64,000 bases of DNA from Spirulina sp. (GTDB taxonomy: Bacteria > Cyanobacteriota > Cyanobacteriia > Phormidesmidales > Phormidesmidaceae), in contig JBIPSI010000004.1 in assembly GCA_044070495.1 (NCBI GenBank), positions 135,577 through 199,576 on the forward strand, in the 5' to 3' direction. Position 1 is the first letter of the stretch; the number at the start of each line of letters is the position of its first letter. A model generated the notes under the pieces. It saw only the letters and a list, made by a program, of their open reading frames with translations. It ran no database searches and was not told where the DNA came from. Position numbers and translations under genes: made by a program. Below, piece by piece: positions 1-10,346 of the stretch.

Positions 1-386
1 ATAAACAAGCCGCCACCTGTGCCAAAGAAGGACTTGGAACCGCCCCACTTGGTATCCAGGGTAATGCCGACATCCGAGGCCACGTAGGCCCCCGATTGAA
101 TCAGCATCGGCTCGGCTAGGGTCAACACATTCAAATCCCCCGGTAGAGAGGGGGCCACCCACACCTCGCCGCCCTGGGCTGGAGCGGTGTAGACATTCTG
201 GAAAAAGCTTTCTCCGCCCAAAAAGGATCGCTTCAGGGCTTGCATAAAGCCGCCCGTTTTGGTTTCCAGAGTCGTCCCGGCAGACATCCCCACCATCGAG
301 GATGCCTCCACCCGCACCTGTTCCCCGCCCCGCAGTTGGACACGACCGAGGGTAAAGGCGGGCTGATACATCAATTCAACTTGCAT
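1..386 (-). CDS. TIGR00266/AIM24 family protein (runs off the left edge of the window)
   Basis: Manual translation from ATG at 386: MQVELMYQPAFTLGRVQLRGGEQVRVEASSMVGMS...GFMQALKRSFLGGESFFQNVY...APSLPGD, the typical TIGR00266 N-terminus. Not in the ORF track because it is open at the edge. Confidence 0.8.
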   Translation of the reverse strand, partial: MQVELMYQPAFTLGRVQLRGGEQVRVEASSMVGMSAGTTLETKTGGFMQALKRSFLGGESFFQNVYTAPAQGGEVWVAPSLPGDLNVLTLAEPMLIQSGAYVASDVGITLDTKWGGSKSFFGTGGGLF

Positions 387-510
387 GGCGCATCATTCCT
401 GAGGTGAATTGGTCATTGCGATCATGGCTGGATTAGCGGAATCAGTAGAATAAGAAACATCAACGTCCCTGAAACGCCCCCTGAAAGACCTCTAAACGGA
501 GAGCATTCGG

Positions 511-1086
511 ATGAGCCAAACCGTTTCCCTTCCCCCCCCGATCACCTTTGAGGACTACTTGGCCCACGACGACGGCACCGACCGCCGCTACGAACTGGTG
601 AATGGAGTTTTAGTAGAGATGCCCCCTGAACGCGACGAAAACCTTGGTATTGCTAGAACCCTGCTGTTGGAATTGATCAAACATCTCCCGGCGGATCGGG
701 TGGTGTGGGGTACTGAGATAGAAGTCACAGGCCGACGGGCTACCGCACGAATTCCTGATTTGCTGGTGCATTCCGAAGAATCCAAGGCCGCTGTGGCCAG
801 TGCCCCCCGTGCTACCGTCACCCGCGATATGCCCCCTCCGGCCTTAGTGGTGGAAGTGGTCAGCCCTGGCCAAGCTAACCGAGAACGGGACTATCGCTAC
901 AAACACACCGAGTACGCGGCGCGGGGCATTGCCGAATACTGGATTGTGGATCCCGAAACCCGCCAAGTAACCCTTTGCCAATGGGTAAGCGGCCAGTACG
1001 AAGACCAGGTTTACAGCGGCGATGAGACCCTTCAATCCACCGTGGTACCTGGGTTTGGGTTAACAACCGCCGCGATTTTTGCATAG
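511..1086 (+). CDS. Uma2 family (DUF820) PD-(D/E)XK endonuclease-like protein
   Basis: YELVNG, RIPD, LVVEVVSP, DYRYK, GIAEYWIVDP motifs. Confidence 0.9.
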   Translation: MSQTVSLPPPITFEDYLAHDDGTDRRYELVNGVLVEMPPERDENLGIARTLLLELIKHLPADRVVWGTEIEVTGRRATARIPDLLVHSEESKAAVASAPRATVTRDMPPPALVVEVVSPGQANRERDYRYKHTEYAARGIAEYWIVDPETRQVTLCQWVSGQYEDQVYSGDETLQSTVVPGFGLTTAAIFA

Positions 1087-1154
1087 CTGGGATTGGGTTG
1101 CGCTGGGTTCAGATCCCAGGGTTCTTCAAGAATCCTGGGATCTCGCTTTGGGGG

Positions 1155-2111
1155 CTACGATGCGGGAGATCCGATAGTCGGGGCCGGGGTGGCTCCGTTT
1201 TGGCTGGTGGACGGCAAGGCGGGGATCTCCTTCATGACGCAGAAGTAGACATCCTCTAGGTCGGGTTCAACCACTTCAAAGCCAGCACCGGGGTCGGTTT
1301 CGCTGAAAATTCGCGCAATGATGTCGCCCATGAAGAAGCGGGTGGAGAGCACCTGGTACTGTTCTTCGTAGGTGGGCAGTTCATCGCGCCGAATTTTGAT
1401 CCGCCACACCTTGCCTGCGAGTTGTTGCATCAGGCCCATGGGTTGCCCGGTGGCGCGGATTTGTCCGGCAATCAGCACCGCCATTTGGGGGCACAGTTCG
1501 CTCACGTCCTCCACAATGTGGGTGGAGAGGACAATGGCTGCCCGCTCGGAAATTTCGCTGAGCAAGTTCAAAAAGCGCACCCGTTCGGCGGGGTCGAGGC
1601 CAGCGGTGGGTTCGTCCACAATCACCAACCGGGGATCGCCGACGAGGGCCTGGGCAATGCCAAACCGCTGCCGCATCCCACCAGAAAATCCGCTGACGGC
1701 ACGGTCACGGGCCTGGTACAGGTTCACCTGATTCAGCAAGTGCGTCACCAGTTCCTTGCGCTCCTTGCCGTTGGTGATCCCTTTTAAGGCGGCAAAGTGA
1801 TCCAGCAGTTTCTCAGCGGAAACCCCCGGATATACGCCAAAACTCTGGGGCAGATAGCCCAACACCTGGCGCACCCTCACCTTTTCCTCCAGCATGTTGA
1901 TGTCGCCCCACTGGATGCTGCCCTCCGTGGGTTCCTGAAGGGTGGAAATGGTACGCATGAGGCTAGATTTCCCGGCTCCGTTTGGCCCCAGCAGACCAAA
2001 CATGCCCATGGGAATATCGAGATTGACACCGTTCAGGGCTTTGTAGCCGTTGGGATAGGTTTTAGTTAGCCCCCGAATTTGAATCGGGGTAGCGGTTTGG
2101 GTGGCCGTCAT
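1155..2111 (-). CDS. ABC transporter ATP-binding protein
   Basis: Walker A GPNGAGKS, signature FSGGMRQR, Walker B VIVDEPTAGLD. Start moved to ATG 2111 because the longer ORF runs into a repeat element. Confidence 0.9.
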   Translation of the reverse strand: MTATQTATPIQIRGLTKTYPNGYKALNGVNLDIPMGMFGLLGPNGAGKSSLMRTISTLQEPTEGSIQWGDINMLEEKVRVRQVLGYLPQSFGVYPGVSAEKLLDHFAALKGITNGKERKELVTHLLNQVNLYQARDRAVSGFSGGMRQRFGIAQALVGDPRLVIVDEPTAGLDPAERVRFLNLLSEISERAAIVLSTHIVEDVSELCPQMAVLIAGQIRATGQPMGLMQQLAGKVWRIKIRRDELPTYEEQYQVLSTRFFMGDIIARIFSETDPGAGFEVVEPDLEDVYFCVMKEIPALPSTSQNGATPAPTIGSPAS

Positions 2112-2171
2112 GGTGGTTTGCAGTGGCAGGGAATGCGGAACTAAAGCGGAGTTTATCAGGGGAAGTGGAGT

Positions 2172-2440
2172 GGCCCTCGCCCTAAATTCCTTTTCCACAG
2201 GGCTGCTGTTTATACACATCTTGTTCCCATGTCGTCATGCCTGGAGGATCCCCCTAAATCCCCCTTGGAAAGGGGGACTTTGAATCCGGTTCCCCCCTTT
2301 TTAAGGGGGGCTAGGGGGGATCAACCCCAGGCATCAAGCCTAATAGGGCCTTATGTATAAGCAGTAGCTCACAGGGAGAGAGACTTTGAAGGATTGTCCG
2401 GCTCCCCTCTCCCACGGGGAGAGGGGCTGGGGGTGAGGGC
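2172..2440. repeat. Nested palindromic repeat/MITE composite, copy 1
   Basis: Host repeat CCCTCGCCCTAAAT...GGGAGAGGGGCTGGGGGTGAGGGC is split by an element (~2200-2370) with inverted ends GGGCTGCTGTTTATACA/TGTATAAGCAGTAGCTC. That element contains the CCCCCTAAATCCCCC...GGGGGGCTAGGGGGGATC palindrome. Confidence 0.75.
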
Positions 2441-2491
2441 GGCGGGGATGATGCGATCTACGAACCCTCCGTAAGCCTGATTTGGATTGCC

Positions 2492-3160
2492 CTAGGGCCG
2501 ACCTTGCTCGTAGCCGTCGGCATAGCCACGGGTATATTCCCGCGAGAGGTTCGAGGGCAGACCATGGCTTCCGGCCACGGGGTCGTAGGTGCGTCCGGCC
2601 CGACCATCCTCTAGGCCATGCTGGTAGCCGTCATCGTAGTAGCGCTGGAGGCCAGAGGGGTTGCCCGGTCGTCCGGCAGCATAGCCATCGGCATAGCCAC
2701 GGGTGTAGGCACGAGAGGCATCCGCTGGCAGATCGCGACTGCCGCCCACGGGGTCGTAGGTTTGTCCGGCTTGGGCAGCGGCCAACCCGTCTTGATAGCC
2801 TGTGTCGTAGTAGGAGCCTGAGGGCTGAGAATCCCGAATCTTCAGGTATGCGCCAGAGACCCAGCCTTCGGTTTGGGGATAGCCGCTGGTCATGGGCACA
2901 ATCCGGTACCAACTGTCGGCCCCGTCGCCATACTGGCCTGTAATGCGTACCACGGCATCGCGGTGAAGCACGTAGAGAACCCGACGATCCGTCCCCGCCC
3001 CATCCCGCACATTCAGTTCATTGGGAATCACGGTGCCGTAGAGTTGCGCCTGGGCAATGAGTTGGGGCGCAGGCTGGGGAACGGCCTGGGCCATTTCTGC
3101 CACGGGCCACAGCCCAACCATCATCGCCAACGGCCAATATCTCAACATGGGGTGTACCAC
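2492..3160 (-). CDS. Secreted SH3b-domain protein with two C-terminal YxxGYxxG repeat units
   Basis: Signal peptide (AMAQA-like). LNVRDGAGT...SWY...GWVSG is bacterial SH3. Duplicated unit YYDxGYQxGL...TYDPV...YTRGYADGYxxGRP. Confidence 0.75.
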   Translation of the reverse strand: MVHPMLRYWPLAMMVGLWPVAEMAQAVPQPAPQLIAQAQLYGTVIPNELNVRDGAGTDRRVLYVLHRDAVVRITGQYGDGADSWYRIVPMTSGYPQTEGWVSGAYLKIRDSQPSGSYYDTGYQDGLAAAQAGQTYDPVGGSRDLPADASRAYTRGYADGYAAGRPGNPSGLQRYYDDGYQHGLEDGRAGRTYDPVAGSHGLPSNLSREYTRGYADGYEQGRP

Positions 3161-3713
3161 TCCTTAAAAATCTCGTCAAAAGGCTTTAACTAAAAGGACG
3201 TTCACCGCTTATCTGCCAAGCCATGTTGGCCTGTCTAAGCATGGTGAATCAAACGTATAATACGCTTCCTTCGCCAATAGTAATAATTAAGATTTCTTTG
3301 AAATATAAAGTCATCTTTGGGTACTTTTACCGCTCTCCAAAAAAACAGACCTAGCTTCATGTAGGTCTTTAATTTCGTAAAAGTCTTTTGACGTTGTAGG
3401 GATAACATTTTTAGAGGGGTCGTCCTCGGCCTTGTTGGGTAAGGAATCTAGGGGCTGACTGGGTAAAGGATCTGACTAACACGAGGTCTGATGATAGGCG
3501 TTGAGATCGGCTTAATCATTGCTATTGTTCCCTCAAAACCATGGCGTAATGGGATATAAGTGGCCTAGGGTATGGCCGTCCTTCCTCTGACAAATCATCC
3601 GCAATCATGATGCCCCCTAACGTGTCTTGGCTAGGGATGCCGTCATAGGGCCAATGCCGTCTATCCGTGTAGGTTCATCGTTCAATCGATTCATTGTTCA
3701 AACTGTGAAAAGC

Positions 3714-4664
3714 ATGAAATGGTTTACGTTTGTCCTGTTGTTGGGCCTGTGGACAACGGCCTGCCAGCGGACGCCCCCGGTTTCCCAGGAGCCGGACAAT
3801 CCAGAGGTGGCCATCACCGAGCCGGAACCCGATCCGGGCAACCCCATCAAAACGGGTACCGTCCAGTCTCAGCCCTCCCTGCTGGTTCACAGCAGCCCTG
3901 GCACCGATACCCCCGTCCTCTACGATGCCCCCTACGGCATCCGGCTAGAGATTTTTGCCGAAACCGCCATGGGCGATAGCACCTGGTATCAGGTGAGGAG
4001 TGACCTATCCCCCGAATTAGGTTGGGCCTATGGCGGCAACATTGCCGTGGATGGCGAGGAAAACCTGACTCCGGATCGTCCGCCTAACCCGCCGATTAAA
4101 TCGGGCACCGTGCAGGCTCAGCCCTCCCTGCGGATTCACACCGCCCCCGGCACCGATACCCCCGTCATCTATGCGGCCCCCAACGGCACCCGGCTGGAGA
4201 TTTTTGCCGAAACGGCCATGGGCGATAGCACCTGGTACCAGGTGAGCAGCAACCTGTCGCCCCAACTGGGCTGGGCCTATGGCGGCAACATTGTGGTGGA
4301 TGGCCAGGAAAATCTGACCTCGGATCGTCCGCCGCCGCCAGAGCCGTCGCAACCGGATCGTCCACCCCCGACGGATAACCTCTCGATGACCTGCACCGGA
4401 ACGCTCTCTAACGGGTCAACCTTCACCGTCAACTACACCCGCGAGGCAGGCTTTAGCCGCTTTACCCTCAACTCTGGCAATGCTGAGCCCATGACGGCCA
4501 GCCTCAGCTATTCCGGCACCACCGAAGCCCAGCACGGGGTTTGGAAAGGCCAGCTTAGCGAGTCGGAGGTGAGGGTGGATCACCTGTCTAACCAAGCCGC
4601 CAAACCAGGGGATGAGATCACGGTGATCTACAACATCTTTAACGGTCGAACGGTGTGCCGTTAG
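3714..4664 (+). CDS. Lipoprotein with two tandem SH3b domains
   Basis: MKWF...WTTAC lipobox-like. Two near-identical units PIKxGTVQxQPSL...PGTDTPV...TWYQV...GWAYGGNI. Confidence 0.75.
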   Translation: MKWFTFVLLLGLWTTACQRTPPVSQEPDNPEVAITEPEPDPGNPIKTGTVQSQPSLLVHSSPGTDTPVLYDAPYGIRLEIFAETAMGDSTWYQVRSDLSPELGWAYGGNIAVDGEENLTPDRPPNPPIKSGTVQAQPSLRIHTAPGTDTPVIYAAPNGTRLEIFAETAMGDSTWYQVSSNLSPQLGWAYGGNIVVDGQENLTSDRPPPPEPSQPDRPPPTDNLSMTCTGTLSNGSTFTVNYTREAGFSRFTLNSGNAEPMTASLSYSGTTEAQHGVWKGQLSESEVRVDHLSNQAAKPGDEITVIYNIFNGRTVCR

Positions 4665-4891
4665 CGGATTACGTCTCCGGATGGGGCCGCGCCAGAGGAC
4701 TGCCGCCTACGGGTCGTAGGGATTGTTCGCCTGGGCATCGCTGGAGCCTCGCAGGTAGCACCCAGGTACCTATACCCTTCACTATCGCCGACAGCCCCAT
4801 CCGACGCTGGTTTCGGCTCAGCAGGCTTGGGTGGGTACCTTCTCGCCATTGAGCGCCCAGGTGGGCAAACGGGCCTGAGTGCGACTGTTTC

Positions 4892-6610
4892 CTAGCGAAA
4901 CTTGATCACTCGCTTAAAGTCAGAGTCCACGATGCGCGGCTGGCCATCCACTCTCTGCACGATAAAGGTGCGCTCCTCCCGTTGGGTGGTGCCATCGGGG
5001 TAAAAATAGGTGTTTTCGCCTAGTAGTGCCACGAAATCTGGGCCTTGCTCAAGAATTCGGAAGTTTTCTACGGTCACTTGGTCAAACTGCTCGAAGAAGC
5101 CCGGATCAAACTGTTCAGCTAAGGTTGGACTAAACTGGGCGCGGGCGTTTTCCCAGTTGCCGTTCGTAATGTGGTTATACAGTTCCACCACCGTTGACTG
5201 AGCCACACCAGGGTCGAGGGGCGGACTGGTGTGGCTGGCCTCAGAAAAGTCCGGTGGCGCTGAGGCGCTGTTGGTGGGAGGCGCTTCGGAGGACGCATTC
5301 CCTGGGGGAGCCACGGAAGGGGTTTTGTTCGCTGTTTCAGACGACCTAGGGACAGCGTTAGATGCAGTGGATGAGTCTAGCTGACCGTCATCATTTGAGC
5401 TGGGGGAAGCTGTAGGCGTTGCCGCCTCTGGGTTTGGGGTGTTGGCGACCGGAGCATTCCCCCCATTGCCAGGGTTAGAAAACGCGGTAACGGCTTGCCA
5501 TCCGACGGCTCCCAACACTCCTATCGTTGCCGCCAGCACCATTAGAGCCAAAATCGGTACCCAGGCAGGCTTAGAGGACGGAGATGGCCCAGAGGATCGA
5601 TGGGAGGCAGCAGGATGGGTGAGGGGGGTTACGGCGGTGAGAAAACTAGGGTGCCCAGGGGCCACGGCCACCGTCGGAGTCGCTTGGGTAGAACGACCGG
5701 GAGAAGACGGGCGAGATCCGATAGGTACCGCTTCGATGGGGATGTATTGGCTGAGGTTGCGGGGCAGTTGTCGTAGGGCGGCTAGGGCTTCGGCGGCGTG
5801 GCTATACCGCGCCCGAAAGTCGTAGCGCACCAGGCGATCTAAGAGGTCTAATAAATCGGGATAGCGTTGGGACGCATAGCCGCGCCAGTCGAGTTCGCCG
5901 CTGTGGGGGTGGGGATGTAAATCGGTGGGAGCGTAGCCTGTTAGGGCTTGAATGCCTAGGATGCCCACGGCATAGAGATCGCTGCTGAACTGGGGCCGCC
6001 CAGCCAGTTGTTCGCTGGGCATATAGCCCTGGGTGCCGATGGAAATGGTGTGGCTAAGGCCAGAACGCTGGCTGTGCAGTTGGGTGCTGACCTGTTTCAC
6101 CGCCCCAAAGTCGATCAACACCATCCGATTATCATCCTGGCGACGAATTAGATTAGAGGGTTTGATATCGCGGTGAATCACCCCCTTAGAATGCACAAAG
6201 GCCAGCACCCCCAGCAAATCCCCCAGAAAAGCCACGACCTGCTCCTCAGACCAAGGTTGACCCGACAGTTCCTCGGTCAAAGCGTGTCCTTGGATTAGTT
6301 CTTGGGCCAGGTAGAAGTCTTGATTCTCCTCAAAGTGGGCTAAAAGACCGGGAATTTGGGGATGGGAACTCAACTGATAGAGTACCTGTGCCTCGGTATC
6401 AAACAATCGCCGCGCTACCTGCAATTCTTCGGTGCTAGAGACCTGAGGTTTAAGCTGCTTAACCACACAGAGAGGATGCCCCGGCATGTGGAGATCCTGA
6501 GCCGTAAAGGTTCGTCCAAAGCCCCCTTCCCCTAAGGGCTGCACAATGTGGTAACGCCCCCCAAGGGGAGTGGATTCTCGATGAAAGGGGGGATACGTGG
6601 TCATAGCCAA
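4892..6610 (-). CDS. Membrane-anchored Ser/Thr protein kinase (Hanks type)
   Basis: LGEGGFG, VVK, HRDIKPSN, DFG, GTQGYMPSE. One TM helix, Pro/Ser-rich linker, C-terminal extracellular domain. Confidence 0.92.
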   Translation of the reverse strand: MAMTTYPPFHRESTPLGGRYHIVQPLGEGGFGRTFTAQDLHMPGHPLCVVKQLKPQVSSTEELQVARRLFDTEAQVLYQLSSHPQIPGLLAHFEENQDFYLAQELIQGHALTEELSGQPWSEEQVVAFLGDLLGVLAFVHSKGVIHRDIKPSNLIRRQDDNRMVLIDFGAVKQVSTQLHSQRSGLSHTISIGTQGYMPSEQLAGRPQFSSDLYAVGILGIQALTGYAPTDLHPHPHSGELDWRGYASQRYPDLLDLLDRLVRYDFRARYSHAAEALAALRQLPRNLSQYIPIEAVPIGSRPSSPGRSTQATPTVAVAPGHPSFLTAVTPLTHPAASHRSSGPSPSSKPAWVPILALMVLAATIGVLGAVGWQAVTAFSNPGNGGNAPVANTPNPEAATPTASPSSNDDGQLDSSTASNAVPRSSETANKTPSVAPPGNASSEAPPTNSASAPPDFSEASHTSPPLDPGVAQSTVVELYNHITNGNWENARAQFSPTLAEQFDPGFFEQFDQVTVENFRILEQGPDFVALLGENTYFYPDGTTQREERTFIVQRVDGQPRIVDSDFKRVIKFR

Positions 6611-6729
6611 ACCCGCAGGTCAACAACGGACAACTGACCACAAAGTATAAATGACCCGCCTTGTCCTGTGGGATGTCTCACCAGGCCGAGATCGGGCGCT
6701 GATTTCCCTCAGCGGGAGTCCCCTACCTC

Positions 6730-7056
6730 CTACCAAACCACGGTTTCGCCCTGGCCCCAAAAGCCATCGTATTTCGTGACCTTGATATCTCCTAGCACCT
6801 GGGTTTGGCAGGCCAGACGGAGATTTCGATCCGCCTTGTGGGGGGGCAGGGATCGGCGGGTTTTATCCTTCCAGGTGGGTTCCGAGACCTCGCCCTCAAT
6901 CTGCACGGCACAGGTACCGCAGGAACCCAGCCCCCGGCAGTTAATCACCGCAGATTGACCGTTGTAGAGGTCTATGCCATTGGCGAGGAGGGCCTTTCGC
7001 AGGTTGGCCCCAGTTTCGCATTCAAAGGTTTTTCCTTGGGCAGATACCGTTGGCAT
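6730..7056 (-). CDS. 2Fe-2S ferredoxin-like protein
   Basis: CRGLGSCGTC and RLACQ cysteine pattern. Confidence 0.9.
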   Translation of the reverse strand: MPTVSAQGKTFECETGANLRKALLANGIDLYNGQSAVINCRGLGSCGTCAVQIEGEVSEPTWKDKTRRSLPPHKADRNLRLACQTQVLGDIKVTKYDGFWGQGETVVW

Positions 7057-7555
7057 GGATGGCTTCTCCTAGGTAAAGATGACCAAATTTGAACTACCGT
7101 TAAAAATATAGAAGATTTTCAGGGTGAGATTCAAGAAGATCTACGTTTCATAACTTATTTTGTGGAATTGATGCTCAAACAAAGAGCTTAAACTGATGGC
7201 CTAACACCGATCTAAAATAGTTGAATGACAAGGAATCGAACACCGTTAGCCAATGGCTTCTAGGCCTAGCTTGGCCCGCATCCCCTAAGCTCTTCCCCCT
7301 AGGGAGAAGAGGAATCGAAATTTTATGTCCCTAGGGTGGGCAACAACGCTGAGATACGCCCCCTTCAAACCTTAAACCTTCATGTATAAATGCCTAAAAT
7401 TATCGGAGGATTCTATAGTCAAAATATCCGTGCAAGTCAGTTTGTTGGTTTTAGGTTGCAGGTTTTCCAGGTTGCAGGTTTTCTAAGTTGTAATTTGGCG
7501 ATCTTTACTTTCCCTGATTTGAACGGGTGATCCCGGCTCAATCGAGGGTTTTACT

Positions 7556-8971
7556 ATGGTTCAGGTGCTCATTAGGGGCGGTCGCATCATCACCGCTGTC
7601 GATGACTATATCGGCGATATTTTGGTGCAAGAGGGCCGCATTGAGGCCATTGGTCGCAGTCTTTCCGTCGAAAATGCCGAGGTGCATGATGCCACGGGGT
7701 TGATGGTGTTTCCGGGCGGCATTGATGCCCACGTTCACATGGAAACGCCCATGGGCAACGATGTCTACACCTGCGACACCTTTGAATCGGGCACCAAATC
7801 AGCGGCCTTTGGCGGCACCACCACGATTATCGACTTTGCCCAGCAATTCCATCACGACAGCCCCAAGGCGGCCCTAGATCGACGGCTGGCGGCGGCGGAA
7901 CCCCAGTGCTCGGTAGACTACGCCTTCCATGTGATTCTCACCGACGTCAACCGCGACTCCCTAGCAGAACTGCCGGATTTAATTAACCAGGACGGCGTTT
8001 CTAGCTACAAGCTCTACATGGCCTATCCCGGCGTGTTGATGGTGGATGATGCGGCTATTTTCAAAACCATGCGCCAGGTGGGGGGGCATGGTGGCATGGC
8101 CATCCTCCATGCCGAAAATGGGATTGTGATTCAAGCGCTAATCGAAGAAGCCCTCGAACAGGGCCACACCTCGCCCCAGTATCACCAACTCACCCGCCCC
8201 CGGTTGATGGAGGGGGAAGCCGCCCACCGGGTGATTCGCATTGCCGAACTGGCGGAGGTACCCTCCTACATCGTTCACCTTTCCGCAAAAGAAGCCCTGG
8301 AGGCGGTGGTAGAAGCGCGGGATCGGGGCGTCCATGCCTTTGCAGAAACCTGCCCCCACTACCTGTTTTTGGATCATTCCGAATACGACGCCCCCGGCTT
8401 TGAATCCGCCAAGTATGTGATGACCCCGCCCCTGCGCGATCACGACTGCCAACACGCCCTCTGGCGCGGCCTCCAGTTCGACGACCTGCAACTGGTGGCC
8501 ACCGACCACTGCCCCTTCTGCATGAACGAAAACCCCCTGGGCATCCTCAAATCCAAGCAGTTTGGCCGCGACAACTTCAACCGCATCCCCAACGGTGCCC
8601 CAGGGGTAGAACTGCGCCTGATGCTGCTCTACGATGGCGGCGTGCGGGCGGGCCGGATTAACCTCAACCGCTTCGTGCAACTCACCGCCACGGCCCCCGC
8701 CAAGATGTTTGGCCTCTTCCCTCGCAAGGGCACCATCGCCGTGGGCAGCGACGCCGACCTGGTGCTGTTCGACCCCAACGAAACCCATACCCTCAGCGCC
8801 AGCACCCACCATTCCCTAGTGGACTATTCCCTCTTTGAAGGCCGTGAGGTGACGGGCAAGGTGAAAAAAGTGTTCCTACGCGGCCAGTGCATTGTCGATG
8901 GCGATCAGTGGCTCGGTCGTCCCGGCATGGGCCAATACCAACCGCGAGGAGCCTCTGGGCGAGTGCTCTAG
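7556..8971 (+). CDS. hydA: Dihydropyrimidinase / D-hydantoinase
   Basis: PGGIDAHVH, GGTTTIIDF, SYKLYMAY, HAENG, ETCPHYL, TDHCPF. Confidence 0.9.
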   Translation: MVQVLIRGGRIITAVDDYIGDILVQEGRIEAIGRSLSVENAEVHDATGLMVFPGGIDAHVHMETPMGNDVYTCDTFESGTKSAAFGGTTTIIDFAQQFHHDSPKAALDRRLAAAEPQCSVDYAFHVILTDVNRDSLAELPDLINQDGVSSYKLYMAYPGVLMVDDAAIFKTMRQVGGHGGMAILHAENGIVIQALIEEALEQGHTSPQYHQLTRPRLMEGEAAHRVIRIAELAEVPSYIVHLSAKEALEAVVEARDRGVHAFAETCPHYLFLDHSEYDAPGFESAKYVMTPPLRDHDCQHALWRGLQFDDLQLVATDHCPFCMNENPLGILKSKQFGRDNFNRIPNGAPGVELRLMLLYDGGVRAGRINLNRFVQLTATAPAKMFGLFPRKGTIAVGSDADLVLFDPNETHTLSASTHHSLVDYSLFEGREVTGKVKKVFLRGQCIVDGDQWLGRPGMGQYQPRGASGRVL

Positions 8972-8991
8972 TCGATCCCACCATACCGTAG

Positions 8992-9206
8992 GGGCTTCCG
9001 CTTATACATAGGCCTCTGTTCCGCTGGTTTCCTTGAAGATCCCCCCTAGCCCCCCTTCACAAGGGGGGAACCGGAAGCCCCCCTTCACAAGGGGGGAACC
9101 GGATTCAAAGTCCCCCTTGTCAAGGGGGATTTAGGGGGATCTCCAAGGACTTACGGTATAAAAACAAGATGTGTATAAGCCGTAATCCCAAGGGAGAGGG
9201 ATTTGG
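8992..9206. repeat. MITE-like composite repeat, copy 2 (inverted relative to copy 1)
   Basis: Ends GGGCTTCCGCTTATACA / TGTATAAGCCGTAATCC. Internal CCCCCTTCACAAGGGGGGAACCGGA is tandemly duplicated. Followed by the GGGAGAGGGATTTGGG host half. Confidence 0.7.
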
Positions 9207-9286
9207 GATGTAGCTTGCTTGCGGTAAGGGTGGGCTGGATTGCAGCAAAAGAGAGCGTTTTTGACCTCATGAACCCAGATCAGAGC

Positions 9287-10060
9287 TTACTTGAGGGGCG
9301 GGTAGGCTTCGATTTCTTGAATCACCCTGGCTTTGCTAGCACTCAGGTGGCTGCGAATGGCGGCGACGGCCACCTCGGTATCGCGGGCGGCGATGGCTTG
9401 GTAAATTTGGCGATGTTCTAGGCGAATATCGAGCACATCGGGGTTTTGCTTGAGGGTTTGGATCCGCAGCAAGGCCATGGCATCAAACAGGCCATCGAGC
9501 AAGGAAATCAGCCGCCGATTGCCCGAACTTTCGGCAATTAAATGGTGAAACTGGTAGTCCACATCGAGCAACTGTTGGGGAGAGGGCTGTCCCTCCTTGG
9601 CCTTTGTCGCCTGGGATAGGGGAGCTTTTTTGCGCGGCTGTGCCCCTGAAGTCGGATTTTCTAGGGTTTGATTGACCTGCGCTTCTAGGGAATCGGCTTG
9701 CAACACACAGGCTTCGATGCGTCGAATTTGATCGGCGGTGGCGCTATGGCAGGCCCCAGCTACGGCAAGGCATTCTAGGGCCAAGCGGCAATCGTACAGT
9801 TCAGCGGCATCGGCGGCGGTGATGGTGGTGACCCGCAGCCCACCGCTGACATCGGCGGTGGCCAACCCCTCCTGCTGAAGCTGGCGCAGGGCTTCCCGCA
9901 GGGGGGTGCGGCTCACCTGGAGCCACTCGGCCAACTGGGTTTCCACCAGGCGATCCCCAGGGGCCAACTGCCCCGTGAGAATGGCCGAACGCAGCGCTTG
10001 ATACACCTGCTCGTAGAGGGACTTACCACGATGGATAGTAGGGGAGGAGGATAGAATCAC
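9287..10060 (-). CDS. GntR family transcriptional regulator (FCD domain)
   Basis: VYQALRSAILTG...LAEWLQVSRTPLREAL winged HTH; DYQFH...SGN...EH...HL FCD motifs. Confidence 0.9.
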   Translation of the reverse strand: MILSSSPTIHRGKSLYEQVYQALRSAILTGQLAPGDRLVETQLAEWLQVSRTPLREALRQLQQEGLATADVSGGLRVTTITAADAAELYDCRLALECLAVAGACHSATADQIRRIEACVLQADSLEAQVNQTLENPTSGAQPRKKAPLSQATKAKEGQPSPQQLLDVDYQFHHLIAESSGNRRLISLLDGLFDAMALLRIQTLKQNPDVLDIRLEHRQIYQAIAARDTEVAVAAIRSHLSASKARVIQEIEAYPPLK

Positions 10061-10346
10061 GGCAAATCTACAAAACGGGGCAAGCGGTCAGGAACCAGGG
10101 CAGAAAGGGTATCCAGAGGGGTATCTGTGGGAGATGGGAACCTTGGGATACGGCGACCTCTGCGACCTTTGGCCTTAGAGACACTTAGACCATTTTTAAC
10201 CTGATCCGACCAAGATAGGGGGTTACAAATGATAAAACATCTTTTTTCGGCCCCTCACCGCATCCTTGGCAACCGATTTTCCGCCATTGCTCGACTTGAG
10301 CAGACGCCAGAGCCAGGACGGATTATGATTTAGGCCAGCATTTTCC

